A stretch of 64,000 nt of DNA, taken from contig CAWEPI010000008.1 of the NCBI GenBank assembly GCA_963810945.1, positions 74,366 through 138,365 on the forward strand. The letters run 5' to 3'. A program made the position numbers and the translations under genes. The stretch is from an uncultured Actinomycetes bacterium (GTDB lineage Bacteria > Actinomycetota > UBA4738 > HRBIN12). The notes under the pieces are model-generated. The model had not been told where the DNA came from, made no database searches, and was given only the letters and a program-made list of their open reading frames with translations. Positions 21,566 through 32,237 of the stretch are shown in pieces. Numbering within the stretch: the first letter of the stretch is position 1; each line of letters starts with the position of its first letter.

Positions 21566-23723
21566 CTAGTCAAGCAACGCGGAGTACGCGCGTTGCGCGT
21601 CGGTAAGGCGCACCGAGAGCGTGGTCGCGAGCCATCGATGGAGCGCGGCGGCGGTCTCGGGTTCCTCAGCCTCCAGACGCTCGATCGACGCACGGGTCAG
21701 CTCGAGGACCACGCTCGGCTCCTCGGCGATCACGTCCGCGGTCCGGGGAACCCCGGAGTACAGCGCCACCTCGCCCACCACGACCCCCGGTCTCACCGTG
21801 CTCAGGCGGAGCCGCTCCCCCTCGGGTGTCGTCAGCTCGACCCGCAATCGACCCGACTCCAGCACGAACAGGTCGTCTGGCGGATCGCCCTGGCGGATCA
21901 GCACGGTGCCCTCGGCGAGCGACCGGCGCTCGAGATAGGCCTCGAGGTGGGGTGGCAGGCCGGCGACGCCGTCGCCCGTGCCGCGCGCGACCGCCGGTCG
22001 GGCCTCCGCGAGCAGGACGTCCTCGCACCGCTGCAGGCCGCGATCCAGGTCCGGCTCGAACCGCACGATCCCCTCGGTCGCGACCACGCCTCCGCGTCGC
22101 AGCTGGTGCTCCACCCGCTCGGCCGCTCCCGCGAGCACGACCTCGAACCCGCTCGCCTCCGCGAGCTGGACCACCTTGTGGAACGCCAGCACGCCCGACG
22201 AGTCGACGCCGGTGACGCGTTGGACGTCGAGCAGGAGGAAGCGGATCGGCCCGGCCTCCACGCGCTTACGGATCCGCTCCAGGAGTCCGCTCGCGGTCCC
22301 GAAGAACACGAACCCGCTCAGCCGGAGGATCTGGACGCGGTCCACGAGATCGTGCAGCGCCGCGCGCTCGCCGGGCGGCCGGTCGACGTTGCTGCGGTAG
22401 GTCGTCCCGAAGGCCATCTCGTGCACGAGGTCGATCCGTCCGTAGTTCACCGCGAAGAGCACCACCGAGAGGATCAGTCCGACCACGAGACCGGCCAGGA
22501 GGCTTCCCGTCGCGATCGTCAGCACGATCGCGAGCACGATCAGGTACTCGCCCACGGGCAGCGACCGGCGCATGTCGAAGATCCACGAGACCAGGAACGA
22601 CAGGCCGACGAACACGAGCACGCCACCCACGATCATCCGCGGGACCAGCCCGACGACGCCGGCGCCGAAGATCACCGCCGCGAGCGGGACGAGCGCCGCC
22701 ACCAGGCCGGCCCCTCGCCCGTCGACGGACATCTGCTCCGCGAGCGCGGTCAGGCTGAGCGCGTGGTACCCGGGGATCGCCCCGAGGAGCCCCGTCACGA
22801 CGTTCACCAACCCCGCGTCGCGGAGCTCCCGGTTGGAATCGAGATCGGTGTGCAGCAGCAGCTCAACGCCGCCGACGTTGAACAGGCACGCCATCACGGC
22901 CACCAACACGGTGGTGGCGATGCCGGCGGCCTGGTCGAGGACCGCGGTCCAATCCGCACCGCCGAGCGCATGCAGGGTCCACGGTTGCCACAGCTGCGTC
23001 GAGGTGAACGGTCCCAGCAGCCACAGCCCGGTCCGAGCGTCCTGGATGGAGGACCCCGTGACGAGCATCCCGATCGCGAACAGCACGAGCCCGATCCCGA
23101 GGACGACCGGGATCACGAGTGAGCGCCGCACGACGCGGGTCGCGATCAGCAGGATCACGCCGAACGCGACGGCGGGGACCCAACGCACGAGCTCGAACGG
23201 GATCCACGAACTCCTTGATCGTGCCGATCTGCGGGGTCATGCCGGAGGCGACCCGGAGCCCGCCCTTGAAGAGCAGCCATCCCGTGCCCGCGAGGAAGCC
23301 ACCCACGACCGGATACGGGATGAACCGCGCCAGGTTGCCCAAGCGGAAGGTCCCGAGCAGCAGGAAGGTCGCGGCCGTCAGCAAGGTCACGACCATCGTC
23401 GCGGCCACGACCGTGAGGAACGCCTGGTAGACGCCCCCGACCGCGTCCAGCGCCGCGCTCGCGGCCACGATGCCAAGGACGGCCGCCGCCGCGTCCTGCA
23501 CGCTGCCTACGACGCCCCGCACGCCCCCCCTCCAGGCGAGGATCGCGAGCGTCAACGTCGCCGCGACGAGGTAGATGCCGATCCCGGCGGGCAGGTACTG
23601 CTCGATGTAGCCGCCGAACACGAGCGCGGCGAACGAGATCGCGAGCACCACCTCGACGATGCCGATCACCAAGCCGGCCGAGATGGTCGCCACCACCCTG
23701 CCGGCGCGCCGTTCCTCGGCCAC
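21566..23723 (-). CDS. SulP-family anion permease fused to STAS and cyclic-nucleotide-binding domains; frameshift near 23197-23203
   Basis: The SulP TM core is in the frame of ORF 22863..24038 and continues in ORF 21566..23188. The STAS domain is followed by a CNB domain (LIRQGDPPDDLFVLESGRLRV...GEVAL). GTG at 23723 is preceded by GGAGG. Confidence 0.75.
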
Positions 23724-23925
23724 CCCTCCCCCTCCGCGGCAACCTATGCGGGCCTGCGAGAACCCTATGCGCCGCCGACGCGGTTCCGCCAGGGGGAACC
23801 TGCATCTCGGTCGTGGGGATGCACGTCGCGTCCTGCGCCAGGTGAACCCCGACGGGGTCCGGTCCGTACTACCGGGATCGGAGCTCCGGTTCGCAACCCC
23901 ATCCACCCGTCGGAAGGAGTGACAC

Positions 23926-24324
23926 ATGGATACATCCCCGCCGCTCACGCACGTCGCGCTCACGGTCCGCGACCTCGCGGTGAGCGTCCCCTGGTACGAG
24001 GCGCTCCTCGGTGCCGAGCCCGCGATCGACGAAGACACCGTCGGCGACTTCCATCACACGGTGTACTTGGTCGGGAACGGCACGCTGCTCGGGCTGCACC
24101 AGCACCGGACGCCTGCGCCGGATGAACCGTTCAGCGAGTTCAGGGTCGGCCTCGATCACGTCGCCTTCGGCTGCGCGGATCGGGAGGAGCTCGAGAAGTG
24201 GGCGCTCAGGCTCGACGAGCTCGGCATCGAGCACGGCGCCATCGAGGATGCGCACTACGGCTCGGACGTGAGCTTCCGCGATCCCGACGGCATCGCGCTC
24301 GAGTTCTTCGCGCCCCCCGGCTGA
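23926..24324 (+). CDS. VOC/glyoxalase-family protein
   Basis: Glyoxalase/bleomycin-resistance fold. SD GGAAGGAG. Confidence 0.75.
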   Translation: MDTSPPLTHVALTVRDLAVSVPWYEALLGAEPAIDEDTVGDFHHTVYLVGNGTLLGLHQHRTPAPDEPFSEFRVGLDHVAFGCADREELEKWALRLDELGIEHGAIEDAHYGSDVSFRDPDGIALEFFAPPG

Positions 24325-24340
24325 GCCCCCGATCGGCTCG

Positions 24341-24380
24341 CGGTGCCGCGCTCGCTGTGCAGGCGGAGAGCGCGGCACCG
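24341..24380 (+). terminator. 13-bp GC-rich stem hairpin (CGGTGCCGCGCTC...GAGCGCGGCACCG) after the VOC gene
   Basis: Perfect 13-bp inverted repeat with a 14-nt loop, 17 nt after the stop. No U-tract. Confidence 0.45.
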
Positions 24381-24424
24381 AGGGACGGGACCGCGACCTG
24401 AGGCGGCGTCGGTAAAGTGCGCCC

Positions 24425-25399
24425 ATGAGAGCCGCCGTTCGCACCAGGTACGGCCCGCCGGACGTGGTGCGGATCGCCGAGGTGGAAGCGCCGACGGTCA
24501 CGGACCACGACGTGCTCGTCAAGGTGCACGTGGCGACGGTGAATCGGACCGATTGCGGCTTCCGGGCGGCCGAGCCGTTCATCGTCCGGTTCTTCAGCGG
24601 ACTGCTGCGGCCCAAGGCGCCGATCCTCGGGACCGAGTTCGCGGGCGTGGTCGAGGCGATCGGCAGGGACGTCACGGCCTTCGAGGTCGGCGACAGGGTG
24701 TTCGGGTTCAACGAGCGCCGGTTCGGCGCGCACGCCGAGTACCTGTCGATCCCCGAAGATGGTCCACTCACGACGATGCCGGCCGGCATGAGCTTCGAGG
24801 AGGCGGCGCCGAGCACCGAGGGCTCCCACTACGCCCTGGCGTGCATCACGAAGGCGCGGGTCCGCAGCGGTCAGCACGTGCTCGTGAACGGCGCGACCGG
24901 GGCGATCGGCTCGGCGGCGGTCCAGCTCCTGAAGGACCTCGACGCCGTCGTGACCGCCGTCTGCGACACCGAGCACATCGAGCTGGTGCGAGGGCTGGGG
25001 GCCGACCGGGTCATCGACTACACGGCCGAGGACTTCACGAAGGACGCGCAGACCTACGACGTCGTCTTCGACGCGGTCGGCAGGAGCTCGTTCGGCCGGT
25101 GCATGCGCCTGTTGGATACTCGCGGGTTCTACCTGTCGACGGACCTCGGGCGGTTCTGTCAGAACCCGATCCTGGCGCTCATCACGCCGCTCCTCGGCGG
25201 GAAGAAGGCCATGATGCCCATCCCGCCCAGATACGACCAGGCGAGGGTGCGGCGGTTCAAGGCGCTCCTCGAGTCCGGCGCCTTCAAGCCCGTCGTCGAC
25301 CGACGGTATCCCCTGGATGAGATCGTCGAGGCCTACCGCTTCGTCGAGTCGGGCCGCAAGATCGGCAACGTCGTGATCACCGTCGACCCCGAGAGCTGA
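24425..25399 (+). CDS. NAD(P)-dependent MDR-family oxidoreductase
   Basis: Rossmann motif GATGAIGSAAVQL and an MDR catalytic-domain fold. Confidence 0.85.
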   Translation: MRAAVRTRYGPPDVVRIAEVEAPTVTDHDVLVKVHVATVNRTDCGFRAAEPFIVRFFSGLLRPKAPILGTEFAGVVEAIGRDVTAFEVGDRVFGFNERRFGAHAEYLSIPEDGPLTTMPAGMSFEEAAPSTEGSHYALACITKARVRSGQHVLVNGATGAIGSAAVQLLKDLDAVVTAVCDTEHIELVRGLGADRVIDYTAEDFTKDAQTYDVVFDAVGRSSFGRCMRLLDTRGFYLSTDLGRFCQNPILALITPLLGGKKAMMPIPPRYDQARVRRFKALLESGAFKPVVDRRYPLDEIVEAYRFVESGRKIGNVVITVDPES

Positions 25400-25422
25400 C
25401 GGCGCATCGGTCGATCGCGTCT

Positions 25423-25442
25423 CGGGCGATGCGCATCGCCCG
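25423..25442. terminator. perfect 20-bp palindrome CGGGCGATGCGCATCGCCCG, 24 nt after the MDR oxidoreductase stop (terminator or operator)
   Basis: Self-complementary over its full length. The flanking GCGCATCG...CGATGCGC also pairs. Confidence 0.4.
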
Positions 25443-25502
25443 GATGCTCAACCGGTTGCCACAGGAAGTGAGCTCCCGAGGCGGTCGAGCGACGGGCCAC
25501 AG

Positions 25503-26597
25503 ATGCCGATACACCTCGGTATGCGGAAGATCGCGTGTTGCCTCGTCGTGGTCCTGTTCGGGGCCGGCGTCCTCACGGCCACGCCGGCCTTCGCGGCGTA
25601 CGGCGCGATCGTGCAGCTGCCCGCGAGCACCGTGTACTCCCCCTACGGGGGCCCCGCGACCGTGACCTTCACGTTCGACTCCGGGGACGCGAGCGCGATC
25701 TTCACGATCCGGATCCGCCGGCCGGGCCACGGCACGATCAAGGAGAAGGACGTCCTGGTCGATCCCGAGACCGAGACGTCCCCGCACCCCGTCAACTTCT
25801 CGTGGGCCGACCTCTCGGTGGCCGCCCCCACCGACTACGTGGTCGACGTCCGTCGACAGGACGGCGGATCGGTCATCACGAGCGAAACCTTCACGGTGCT
25901 GCCGAAGTTGGTCTCGGAGCTCTCGGCGACCCCGTCGCCGTTCTATCCGCTGGTCCAGGACGGGTACAAGGACCACTCCACGATCGGCTTCTCGCTGGCC
26001 GCGGACTCCGTCGACACCGTCGTGCACGTCTTCGAAGACGACGTCTACGGTCGATGCTGCGGCACGGAGATCCGGACCGAGGACCTCGGCTCGCTCGCGG
26101 CGGGCGCGCACACGTGGATCTGGGACGGGACGGCGGGCGACGCCTCGTCCGCTCCGAAGGGCACCTACTTCGCGCGGGTCGAGGCGACCGACACGGACGC
26201 GGTCTCCATGGTCTCCCAAGCGCAGAAGGTGGAGATCACGAGGGGTCTGATCCGCAAGACGGCCACGAAGGAGAGGAACGGGAGCACCTACGCGCGCGTC
26301 GCCGACGAACAGGACACGCGGCGCGGGGGCGATTGCCTGGCGTCGCGCGACGCCTCGACGCACGAAGTCAAGATCCTGTGCGCCAACGCGGAGATCTCGG
26401 TCTACTGGCGATGGGGGCTGCGCCCCGGGGAACGGGTCGAGTCGGTGTCCTTCAAGATCGACGGCGGCTACTACGGGTGCCACCGGACCGTCGGCCACAC
26501 GACCACATGGTCGTTCCTCCGCGTGCACGCACCGCCGACCTCGACGTGCGACGTGATCTCGGCCAAGATCACCTACAGCTATCCCGTCCAAGCCTGA
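25503..26597 (+). CDS. secreted hypothetical protein with Ig-like (FlgD-Ig-like) domain
   Basis: Signal peptide. TWIWDGTAGDASSAPKGTYFARVEATD resembles FlgD Ig-like domains. Confidence 0.55.
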   Translation: MPIHLGMRKIACCLVVVLFGAGVLTATPAFAAYGAIVQLPASTVYSPYGGPATVTFTFDSGDASAIFTIRIRRPGHGTIKEKDVLVDPETETSPHPVNFSWADLSVAAPTDYVVDVRRQDGGSVITSETFTVLPKLVSELSATPSPFYPLVQDGYKDHSTIGFSLAADSVDTVVHVFEDDVYGRCCGTEIRTEDLGSLAAGAHTWIWDGTAGDASSAPKGTYFARVEATDTDAVSMVSQAQKVEITRGLIRKTATKERNGSTYARVADEQDTRRGGDCLASRDASTHEVKILCANAEISVYWRWGLRPGERVESVSFKIDGGYYGCHRTVGHTTTWSFLRVHAPPTSTCDVISAKITYSYPVQA

Positions 26598-26653
26598 ACG
26601 ACGTCTCGCCGCGGGACGAGCGGGTTCGGGTCACCCGGCGTCGGAGGATCCAC

Positions 26654-27031
26654 TCAGTCCCAGAACTCCTGGTAGCTGAAGATCGTGAGGATGACGATCA
26701 TCGCGGCGCTGGCGAGCGCCGGGACGATCGCGGCGGGCCGGTGTCCTCTGAGCCAGCCGAGCACTCCTATGACGATCGCGGCGGCGAGCGGCGCCATCAT
26801 CCAGACGTAGAGCGCCGCATAGATATAGCCGGGGACAGCCACGCCGGCGCCGAAGTCCCCGCCGGCGCCCGCGGTGACCCAGAGCGCGATCCCCCCGCCA
26901 ACGAGGTGCCACGGATACGACAGCAGGAACAGGAACCAGGACCATCGGAGGGCCCGATCCCCGAAGGGTCGCGTGGCCTCAGGTCTCCGCTGCAGGGGCT
27001 GGTCGAGCATGCTCACCACCTCCCCGTCCAC
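26654..27031 (-). CDS. small membrane protein, unknown
   Basis: 125 aa ORF with three hydrophobic helices. Confidence 0.35.
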   Translation of the reverse strand: MDGEVVSMLDQPLQRRPEATRPFGDRALRWSWFLFLLSYPWHLVGGGIALWVTAGAGGDFGAGVAVPGYIYAALYVWMMAPLAAAIVIGVLGWLRGHRPAAIVPALASAAMIVILTIFSYQEFWD

Positions 27032-27158
27032 CTACAGCGTAGACGTGAGACCGAGCACCCCACGTCGCCTCGCGGATCCTCCGGAAGGCAACGCCCGAAC
27101 GCCGTCGAGCATCTGGAGCGACTACGTCGACGACCCGGCCGCCAAGTCGTCCCAGGTC

Positions 27159-30100
27159 TCAGGGAGCGCCGCCAAGGCGGCATCCAGCTCGCGCGCGATC
27201 CGTTCTACCAGCGGCGGGCAAGCGTTCAGATCGCCGCCCCTTCGCCGCCTCTTCCAGCGTCCGGCTGCTGTCGGCGAGGGGTCGAGCACCGAACGTCGCG
27301 GCGTTGGACTTGAGGGTGTGGGCGGCGCGACGGAGCTCTGCGGTGTCGCCCGCGGCGAGCGCCGTGCGCGCCGCTGCGAGCAGCGCCGGCGCGTCCGCGG
27401 CGAACTGGTCGATCAGCTCGGCAACGAACGCCGCGTCGCCGCCGACGCCCTCGGCCAAGTGGGCAAGCGCCTCGCGGTCGATCGGTTCGACGTCGGGCCC
27501 CACCGACGACCCGGCCGCGGCCCCGCGCCTTCGGGGCGTGCGCTTGATCGCGGCAACGAGCTCGTCAACGCGGATCGGCTTCGTGAGGTAGTCGTTCATG
27601 CCCGCATCGAGGCATCGCTCGCGGTCACCGCTCATCGCCTCCGCGGTCATCGCGACGATCCAAGGGCGCTCCCCCTCCCGCCACCGCTCGATGATCCGCC
27701 TGGTCGCCTCGAGGCCGTCCATCTCCGGCATCTGGACGTCGGACAGGAGCAGATCGTAGGACTGCCGCTCGAGCGCCTCGATCGCCTCGATACCGTTGCC
27801 GGCGACGTCCGCCCGATAGCCGAGCTTCTCCAGCAGCCGGATCGCGAGCTTCTGATTCACGACGTTGTCCTCGGCCAGCAGGATCCGCAGCGGGTGCTTC
27901 GACGCCAGCGTCCCATCGAGCTCGCTCGTCGTCGCCTCCTCCGCGAGGCTCAGCGATGCCCCGAGCGCGGTCGCGAGCGCGCCGTGGAGCGGCGAGGCCT
28001 TGAGCGGCTTGGTGATGACCGCCCCGATCCCGGACGCCGGCCAGCGCGGGTCTTCCGCGACGTCGTGCTGGCTCATCGACGAGGCGAGCACGATCGGAAG
28101 ATCCGGGTCGCGCTCGTGGATCCGTATCGCCAGGTCGAGCCCGTCCATGCCGGGCATCAGCATGTCGAGCACCGCGACGTCGAACCGTTGCTCCGCCAGC
28201 GCGGCGAGCGCGGCCTCGTGCCCTTCGGTGACGACCGACTCGATCCCCCAGGCGCCGAGGAACGCCTGCAACAGGCGGCGGTTCGTCTCGTTGTCGTCGA
28301 CGACCAGCGCGCGGCGGTCGGCGAACGACCCGTCCCGTCGTAGGGCGGTCGGCGTCATGTCGGTCGTGCCTGCCTCGAGCGTGATGTGGAAGGTGCTCCC
28401 CTCGCCCGGGACCCCGGAGCTGATCGCCCACGCCGTGCCGCCCATCAGCTCGGCCAGACGTTTGCTGATGGCGAGACCGAGACCCGTCCCTCCGTATCTG
28501 CGGCTCGTCGACGCATCCACCTGCGTGAAGGACTTGAACAATCGGTCGATCCGATCCAGGGGGATGCCGATCCCCGTGTCGCGCACGCTCAGGTGATAGC
28601 CGATCGTGTCGGATCGCTCGACCGGCTGAGCGGCGGCCGTGATCACGATCTCGCCGGCGTCGGTGAACTTCACCGCGTTGTTCAGTAGGTTCAGGAGGAT
28701 CTGTCGGATGCGGCTCGCGTCGCCGACCGCCGTCTCCGGCGTGCCGGGCTCGATCTCGTAGACGACCTCGAGCCCCTTGCCCATCGCCACCGGTCCGATC
28801 AGGTCCGTCACCGACTCGATGCACGCCCGCAGGTCGAACGGCGCCCGCTCGAGGTCCATGCGTCCCGCCTCGATCTTCGAGAAGTCGAGGATGTCGTTGA
28901 TGATCGAGAGGAGCGCCTCGCCGGAGTTCGCGATCGTCGCCGCGTAGTCGCGCTGCTCGGCGTCCAGCGACGTTTCCAGGAGCAGACCGCTCATGCCGAT
29001 GATCGCGTTCATCGGCGTGCGGATCTCGTGGCTCGTCGCGGCGAGGAAGGCGCTCTTCGCAGCGTTCGCCTCCTCGGCCACCTCGCGTGCCTCCCGCGCC
29101 TCGCGGAACAGGCGCGCGTTCTGGATCGCGATGCCGACGTTCGCAGCGATCGTGGCGAGCAACCGCGTCTCGCTCTCGCCGTACAGACCTTCCTTCCCCG
29201 CACTCTGCACGCTGATGACGCCGATCGCGGTGGGCCCGACCATGATCGGCACGCCGAGGAAGGAGCGCACGGGCGTCCCCACCATCGAACCGCCACGCGC
29301 TTGGAACGCCTCTGCCCGGTTGAGCAGCAGCGGCTCACGCGACCTCAGGATCTCGGACGTCAACCCCTCGCCGAACTGGAGGGGCGCCTGCGGCTCCTTC
29401 CTGCCGTCTTCGTTGTGGTACGCGAATTCGATCGTCCCGGCCGCCTCGTCGAGCAGCGCGACGTACACGATGTCCGCGCCGAACACGTCGCGGAGGCCGT
29501 CGCCGAGGCGCTCGATCAACGCCCCAAGGTCGAGCTGATCGGCGAGCGCCTGGCCGACGTTGTTCACGATCGACATCTCGGCGGCGTTCTGTCGTGTCTC
29601 CTCGAACAACCGGGCGTTCTCCAGGGCGACGCTCAGGCTGCCGGCGAGGGTCGCCAAGAGCCGCACGTCGACCTCGGTGAAGGCGTTCTCACGATCGAGG
29701 TTCTGCAGAGAGATGACCCCGGTCGCGCGGCCACCGACCATCAAGGGCACGAACACCGCCGACCGGGGGGTCTCACCGGCGATCGACTCCGGCTGATCGG
29801 GAGCGAGCTGGAGACCATCGGCCCACGCTTGGATCAGGAGTGGCTCCCCGGTCTCGAGGGTGTGGCGGCGGAACCCGACCACGTCGACCGGCTCATCCGG
29901 GAAGCGGACCCCGCGTTCGATCGTGTACGGGAAGTTGATCCGCGTCTCCTCCTCGTTCAGGATCCCGATATCGACCACCTGCGCGTCGAAGATGTCGCGG
30001 ATCCGGTCGCCCACCAGGTCGTACATCGCCTGCATCTCGAGGTTCTCTGCGAGTCCGCGCTGCACGTCGTTGATCAGCGCGAGCTCGGCATTGCGCTGGC

Positions 30101-32237
30101 GGGTCTCCTCGAACAGCCGGGCGTTCTCGAGCGCCACGCTCAAGCCCCGTGCGATCGTCGTCAGCAGCCGGACGTCGCCTTCGCTGAAGGCGTGCTCACG
30201 ATCGAGGTTGTGGAGGGAGACCACGCCGGTCCCTCGGTTGCCGACGACCAGCGGGACGAAGACCGAAGACAGTGACGGCTCTCCGGCGATCGCGAACGGA
30301 TTCCCCGCCTCGATGCACCGGCGTTCCATGTCGTCGTTGACGACGACGGGTTCGTGCGTCTCGAGCGCGATCTTGCGGAACCCCATCACCTCTATCGGAT
30401 GGTCGACCAGACGCTGGCCGCGCTCGAGCGAATATGGGAACCAGATCTGGTCCGTGGTCTCGTCGAGCATGCCGATGTCGACCGTTTGCGCGTCGAAGAT
30501 CTCCTGGATCCGTTCTCCGACGAGGGTGTACATCGCCTGCGGGTCGAGATTCTCGACGAGACCGCGCTGGACCTCGTTGATCAGCGCCAGCTCGGCGTTC
30601 CGCTGGCGTGTCTCCTCGAACAGCCGGGCGTTCTCGAGCGCGGCGCTGAGGCTGCCGGCGAGCGTGGTGAGGAGCCGAACGTCCGCGTCACTGAACGCGT
30701 GCTCGCGATCCAGGTTCTGCAGCGAAACGACGCCGGTCGCCTTCAGACCGACCACCAGCGGCACGTACACCACCGACATCGCTGGCTCCCCTTGGAGCAC
30801 CGGGGCGCCACCCAGCTCAACGACCTGTTCGGAGGCCCGGTCGTTGAAGACGATGGGCTCGCGCGTCTCAAGTACCTTCCCACGCGGGCCGCCCACCTCC
30901 ATCGGCTCGTCGTGGAAGCGAACGCCCCGCTCGATCGTGTAGGGGAAGCGGATCAGCCCGGCGTCCTCGTCGAGGATGGCGATGTCGACCACCTGTGCGT
31001 CGAAGATGTCGCGGATCCGGTCCCCGACCAGGTCGTACATCGCTTGCATCTCGAGGTTCTGGGCGAGACCTCGCTGCACGTCGTTGATGAGCGCGAGTTC
31101 GGCGTTGCGCTGGCGCGCCTCTTCGAAGAGCCGGGCGTTCTCTAGCGCAACGCTGAGGCTGCCGGCGAGCGTCGTGAGCAAGCGGACGTCTGCCTCGGTG
31201 AACGCGTGCTCGCGATCGAGGTTCTGCAACGAGATCACGCCGAACGCCTCGCCGCCTGTGATGAGCGGGACGAACAGGACTGACTTCGACTGCTCCCCCG
31301 CCAAGAGATCGGCCGCCTGACCGAACTCGGGCAATCGCTCCAGAACACGCTCGTTGAGCAGCAAGGGCGCGCGCGCGTCGAGTACGTGCCTCCGAAATCC
31401 GACGATGGGGATCCGTTCCAGGGGGAAGCGGACCCCGCGTTCGATCGTATAGGTGATGTCGAGCGCCTCCGCGGCGCGGTCGACGATCCCGATGTCGACC
31501 ACCTGCGCGTCGAAGATCGACTGCAGGCGATCCCCCACCAGGTCGTACATCCCCTGCATCTCGAGGTTCGCGGCGAGACCGTGCTGCACGTCGTTGATCA
31601 GCGCCAGCTCCGCGTTGCGTTGCCGGGTCTCCTCGATCGCGCGGGCGCGACTCAGGGCCGCGCCGACGTGGCTCGCGACGAAGGTCAGGAGGTCCTTGTC
31701 CTCCTCCGTGTGATGCACGTCGTCGCGATAGCTCTGCACGACCATCGCGCCGACGATCCGCCCGTCGGCGCGGAGCGGAACGCCGAGCCAGTCGACCGAA
31801 GGCACGCCGAGGAGCTGGACCTTGCCCTCCCGGATCAGGTCCTCGATGTCCGCGAGCGACAGCAGCATGGAGGTGCCCGTCCGCAGGAGGTACGCGGTCA
31901 GACCGGTGGCGTCACCCTCCCCCATCGGCTCCCAGACGCTCGGATCCGGGAAGGCCTCGTCCGCGTCGACGTCGACATAGAACGGCCAGTTCATCGCCTG
32001 CCGCTCTTCGTCGTACAGGGCGACGTAGAAGTTGTCCGCGTTCATGAGCTCGCCGACGATGCCGTGGATCGCGGCGTAGAACTGCTGCATGTCCTGGGCG
32101 GCGCTCGCCGTCTCAGCGATGCGGTAGAGGGCGGCCTGGACGTGAGCGGAGTGGCGTCGATCCGCGTCCAGTCCCTCGAGTTCCTCGACACGACGCCGGA
32201 GCGCGTCCAGATCCGACGACCCGGCCCGGTCGGTCAC
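27159..32237 (-). CDS. cytoplasmic hybrid sensor histidine kinase: 6 tandem GAF domains, HisKA, HATPase_c, REC, REC, HPt
   Basis: The ORF continues upstream as a junk-like frame, so the start is placed at the GTG overlapping the stop of the upstream cyclase gene (GGTGA). H-box SHEIRTP, two D-containing REC domains, and a C-terminal HPt ([12 protein letters not shown]). No TM helices. Confidence 0.85.
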   Translation of the reverse strand: MTDRAGSSDLDALRRRVEELEGLDADRRHSAHVQAALYRIAETASAAQDMQQFYAAIHGIVGELMNADNFYVALYDEERQAMNWPFYVDVDADEAFPDPSVWEPMGEGDATGLTAYLLRTGTSMLLSLADIEDLIREGKVQLLGVPSVDWLGVPLRADGRIVGAMVVQSYRDDVHHTEEDKDLLTFVASHVGAALSRARAIEETRQRNAELALINDVQHGLAANLEMQGMYDLVGDRLQSIFDAQVVDIGIVDRAAEALDITYTIERGVRFPLERIPIVGFRRHVLDARAPLLLNERVLERLPEFGQAADLLAGEQSKSVLFVPLITGGEAFGVISLQNLDREHAFTEADVRLLTTLAGSLSVALENARLFEEARQRNAELALINDVQRGLAQNLEMQAMYDLVGDRIRDIFDAQVVDIAILDEDAGLIRFPYTIERGVRFHDEPMEVGGPRGKVLETREPIVFNDRASEQVVELGGAPVLQGEPAMSVVYVPLVVGLKATGVVSLQNLDREHAFSDADVRLLTTLAGSLSAALENARLFEETRQRNAELALINEVQRGLVENLDPQAMYTLVGERIQEIFDAQTVDIGMLDETTDQIWFPYSLERGQRLVDHPIEVMGFRKIALETHEPVVVNDDMERRCIEAGNPFAIAGEPSLSSVFVPLVVGNRGTGVVSLHNLDREHAFSEGDVRLLTTIARGLSVALENARLFEETRQRNAELALINDVQRGLAENLEMQAMYDLVGDRIRDIFDAQVVDIGILNEEETRINFPYTIERGVRFPDEPVDVVGFRRHTLETGEPLLIQAWADGLQLAPDQPESIAGETPRSAVFVPLMVGGRATGVISLQNLDRENAFTEVDVRLLATLAGSLSVALENARLFEETRQNAAEMSIVNNVGQALADQLDLGALIERLGDGLRDVFGADIVYVALLDEAAGTIEFAYHNEDGRKEPQAPLQFGEGLTSEILRSREPLLLNRAEAFQARGGSMVGTPVRSFLGVPIMVGPTAIGVISVQSAGKEGLYGESETRLLATIAANVGIAIQNARLFREAREAREVAEEANAAKSAFLAATSHEIRTPMNAIIGMSGLLLETSLDAEQRDYAATIANSGEALLSIINDILDFSKIEAGRMDLERAPFDLRACIESVTDLIGPVAMGKGLEVVYEIEPGTPETAVGDASRIRQILLNLLNNAVKFTDAGEIVITAAAQPVERSDTIGYHLSVRDTGIGIPLDRIDRLFKSFTQVDASTSRRYGGTGLGLAISKRLAELMGGTAWAISSGVPGEGSTFHITLEAGTTDMTPTALRRDGSFADRRALVVDDNETNRRLLQAFLGAWGIESVVTEGHEAALAALAEQRFDVAVLDMLMPGMDGLDLAIRIHERDPDLPIVLASSMSQHDVAEDPRWPASGIGAVITKPLKASPLHGALATALGASLSLAEEATTSELDGTLASKHPLRILLAEDNVVNQKLAIRLLEKLGYRADVAGNGIEAIEALERQSYDLLLSDVQMPEMDGLEATRRIIERWREGERPWIVAMTAEAMSGDRERCLDAGMNDYLTKPIRVDELVAAIKRTPRRRGAAAGSSVGPDVEPIDREALAHLAEGVGGDAAFVAELIDQFAADAPALLAAARTALAAGDTAELRRAAHTLKSNAATFGARPLADSSRTLEEAAKGRRSERLPAAGRTDRARAGCRLGGAP
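29700..31660. repeat. intragenic tandem repeat: four to five diverged copies (about 480 bp each, about 80% nt identity), each encoding one GAF domain ([14 protein letters not shown]...LENARLFEE)
   Basis: Recurrent strings such as ctcgaacagccgggcgttctcgagcgc and gtgctcgcgatcgaggttctgca recur at about 29.6, 30.1, 30.6, 31.1 and 31.6 kb. Confidence 0.7.

Noticed and set aside
21593-24125. Plus-strand ORFs 21593..23122 and 22572..24125
   Set aside because: Antisense to the SulP-STAS-CNB permease. Junk-like composition.
25535-27313. 592-aa plus-strand ORF in an alternative frame of the secreted Ig-like protein gene
   Set aside because: Arg/Gly-rich and out of frame relative to the signal-peptide-bearing ORF 25503..26597, which has coherent domain features.
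29500-31700. Repetitive DNA inside the kinase gene considered as a possible CRISPR array or IS-derived repeat
   Set aside because: The repeat unit is about 480 bp with no short spacer/repeat alternation. It is protein-coding throughout (GAF domains) and has no transposase or terminal inverted repeats.
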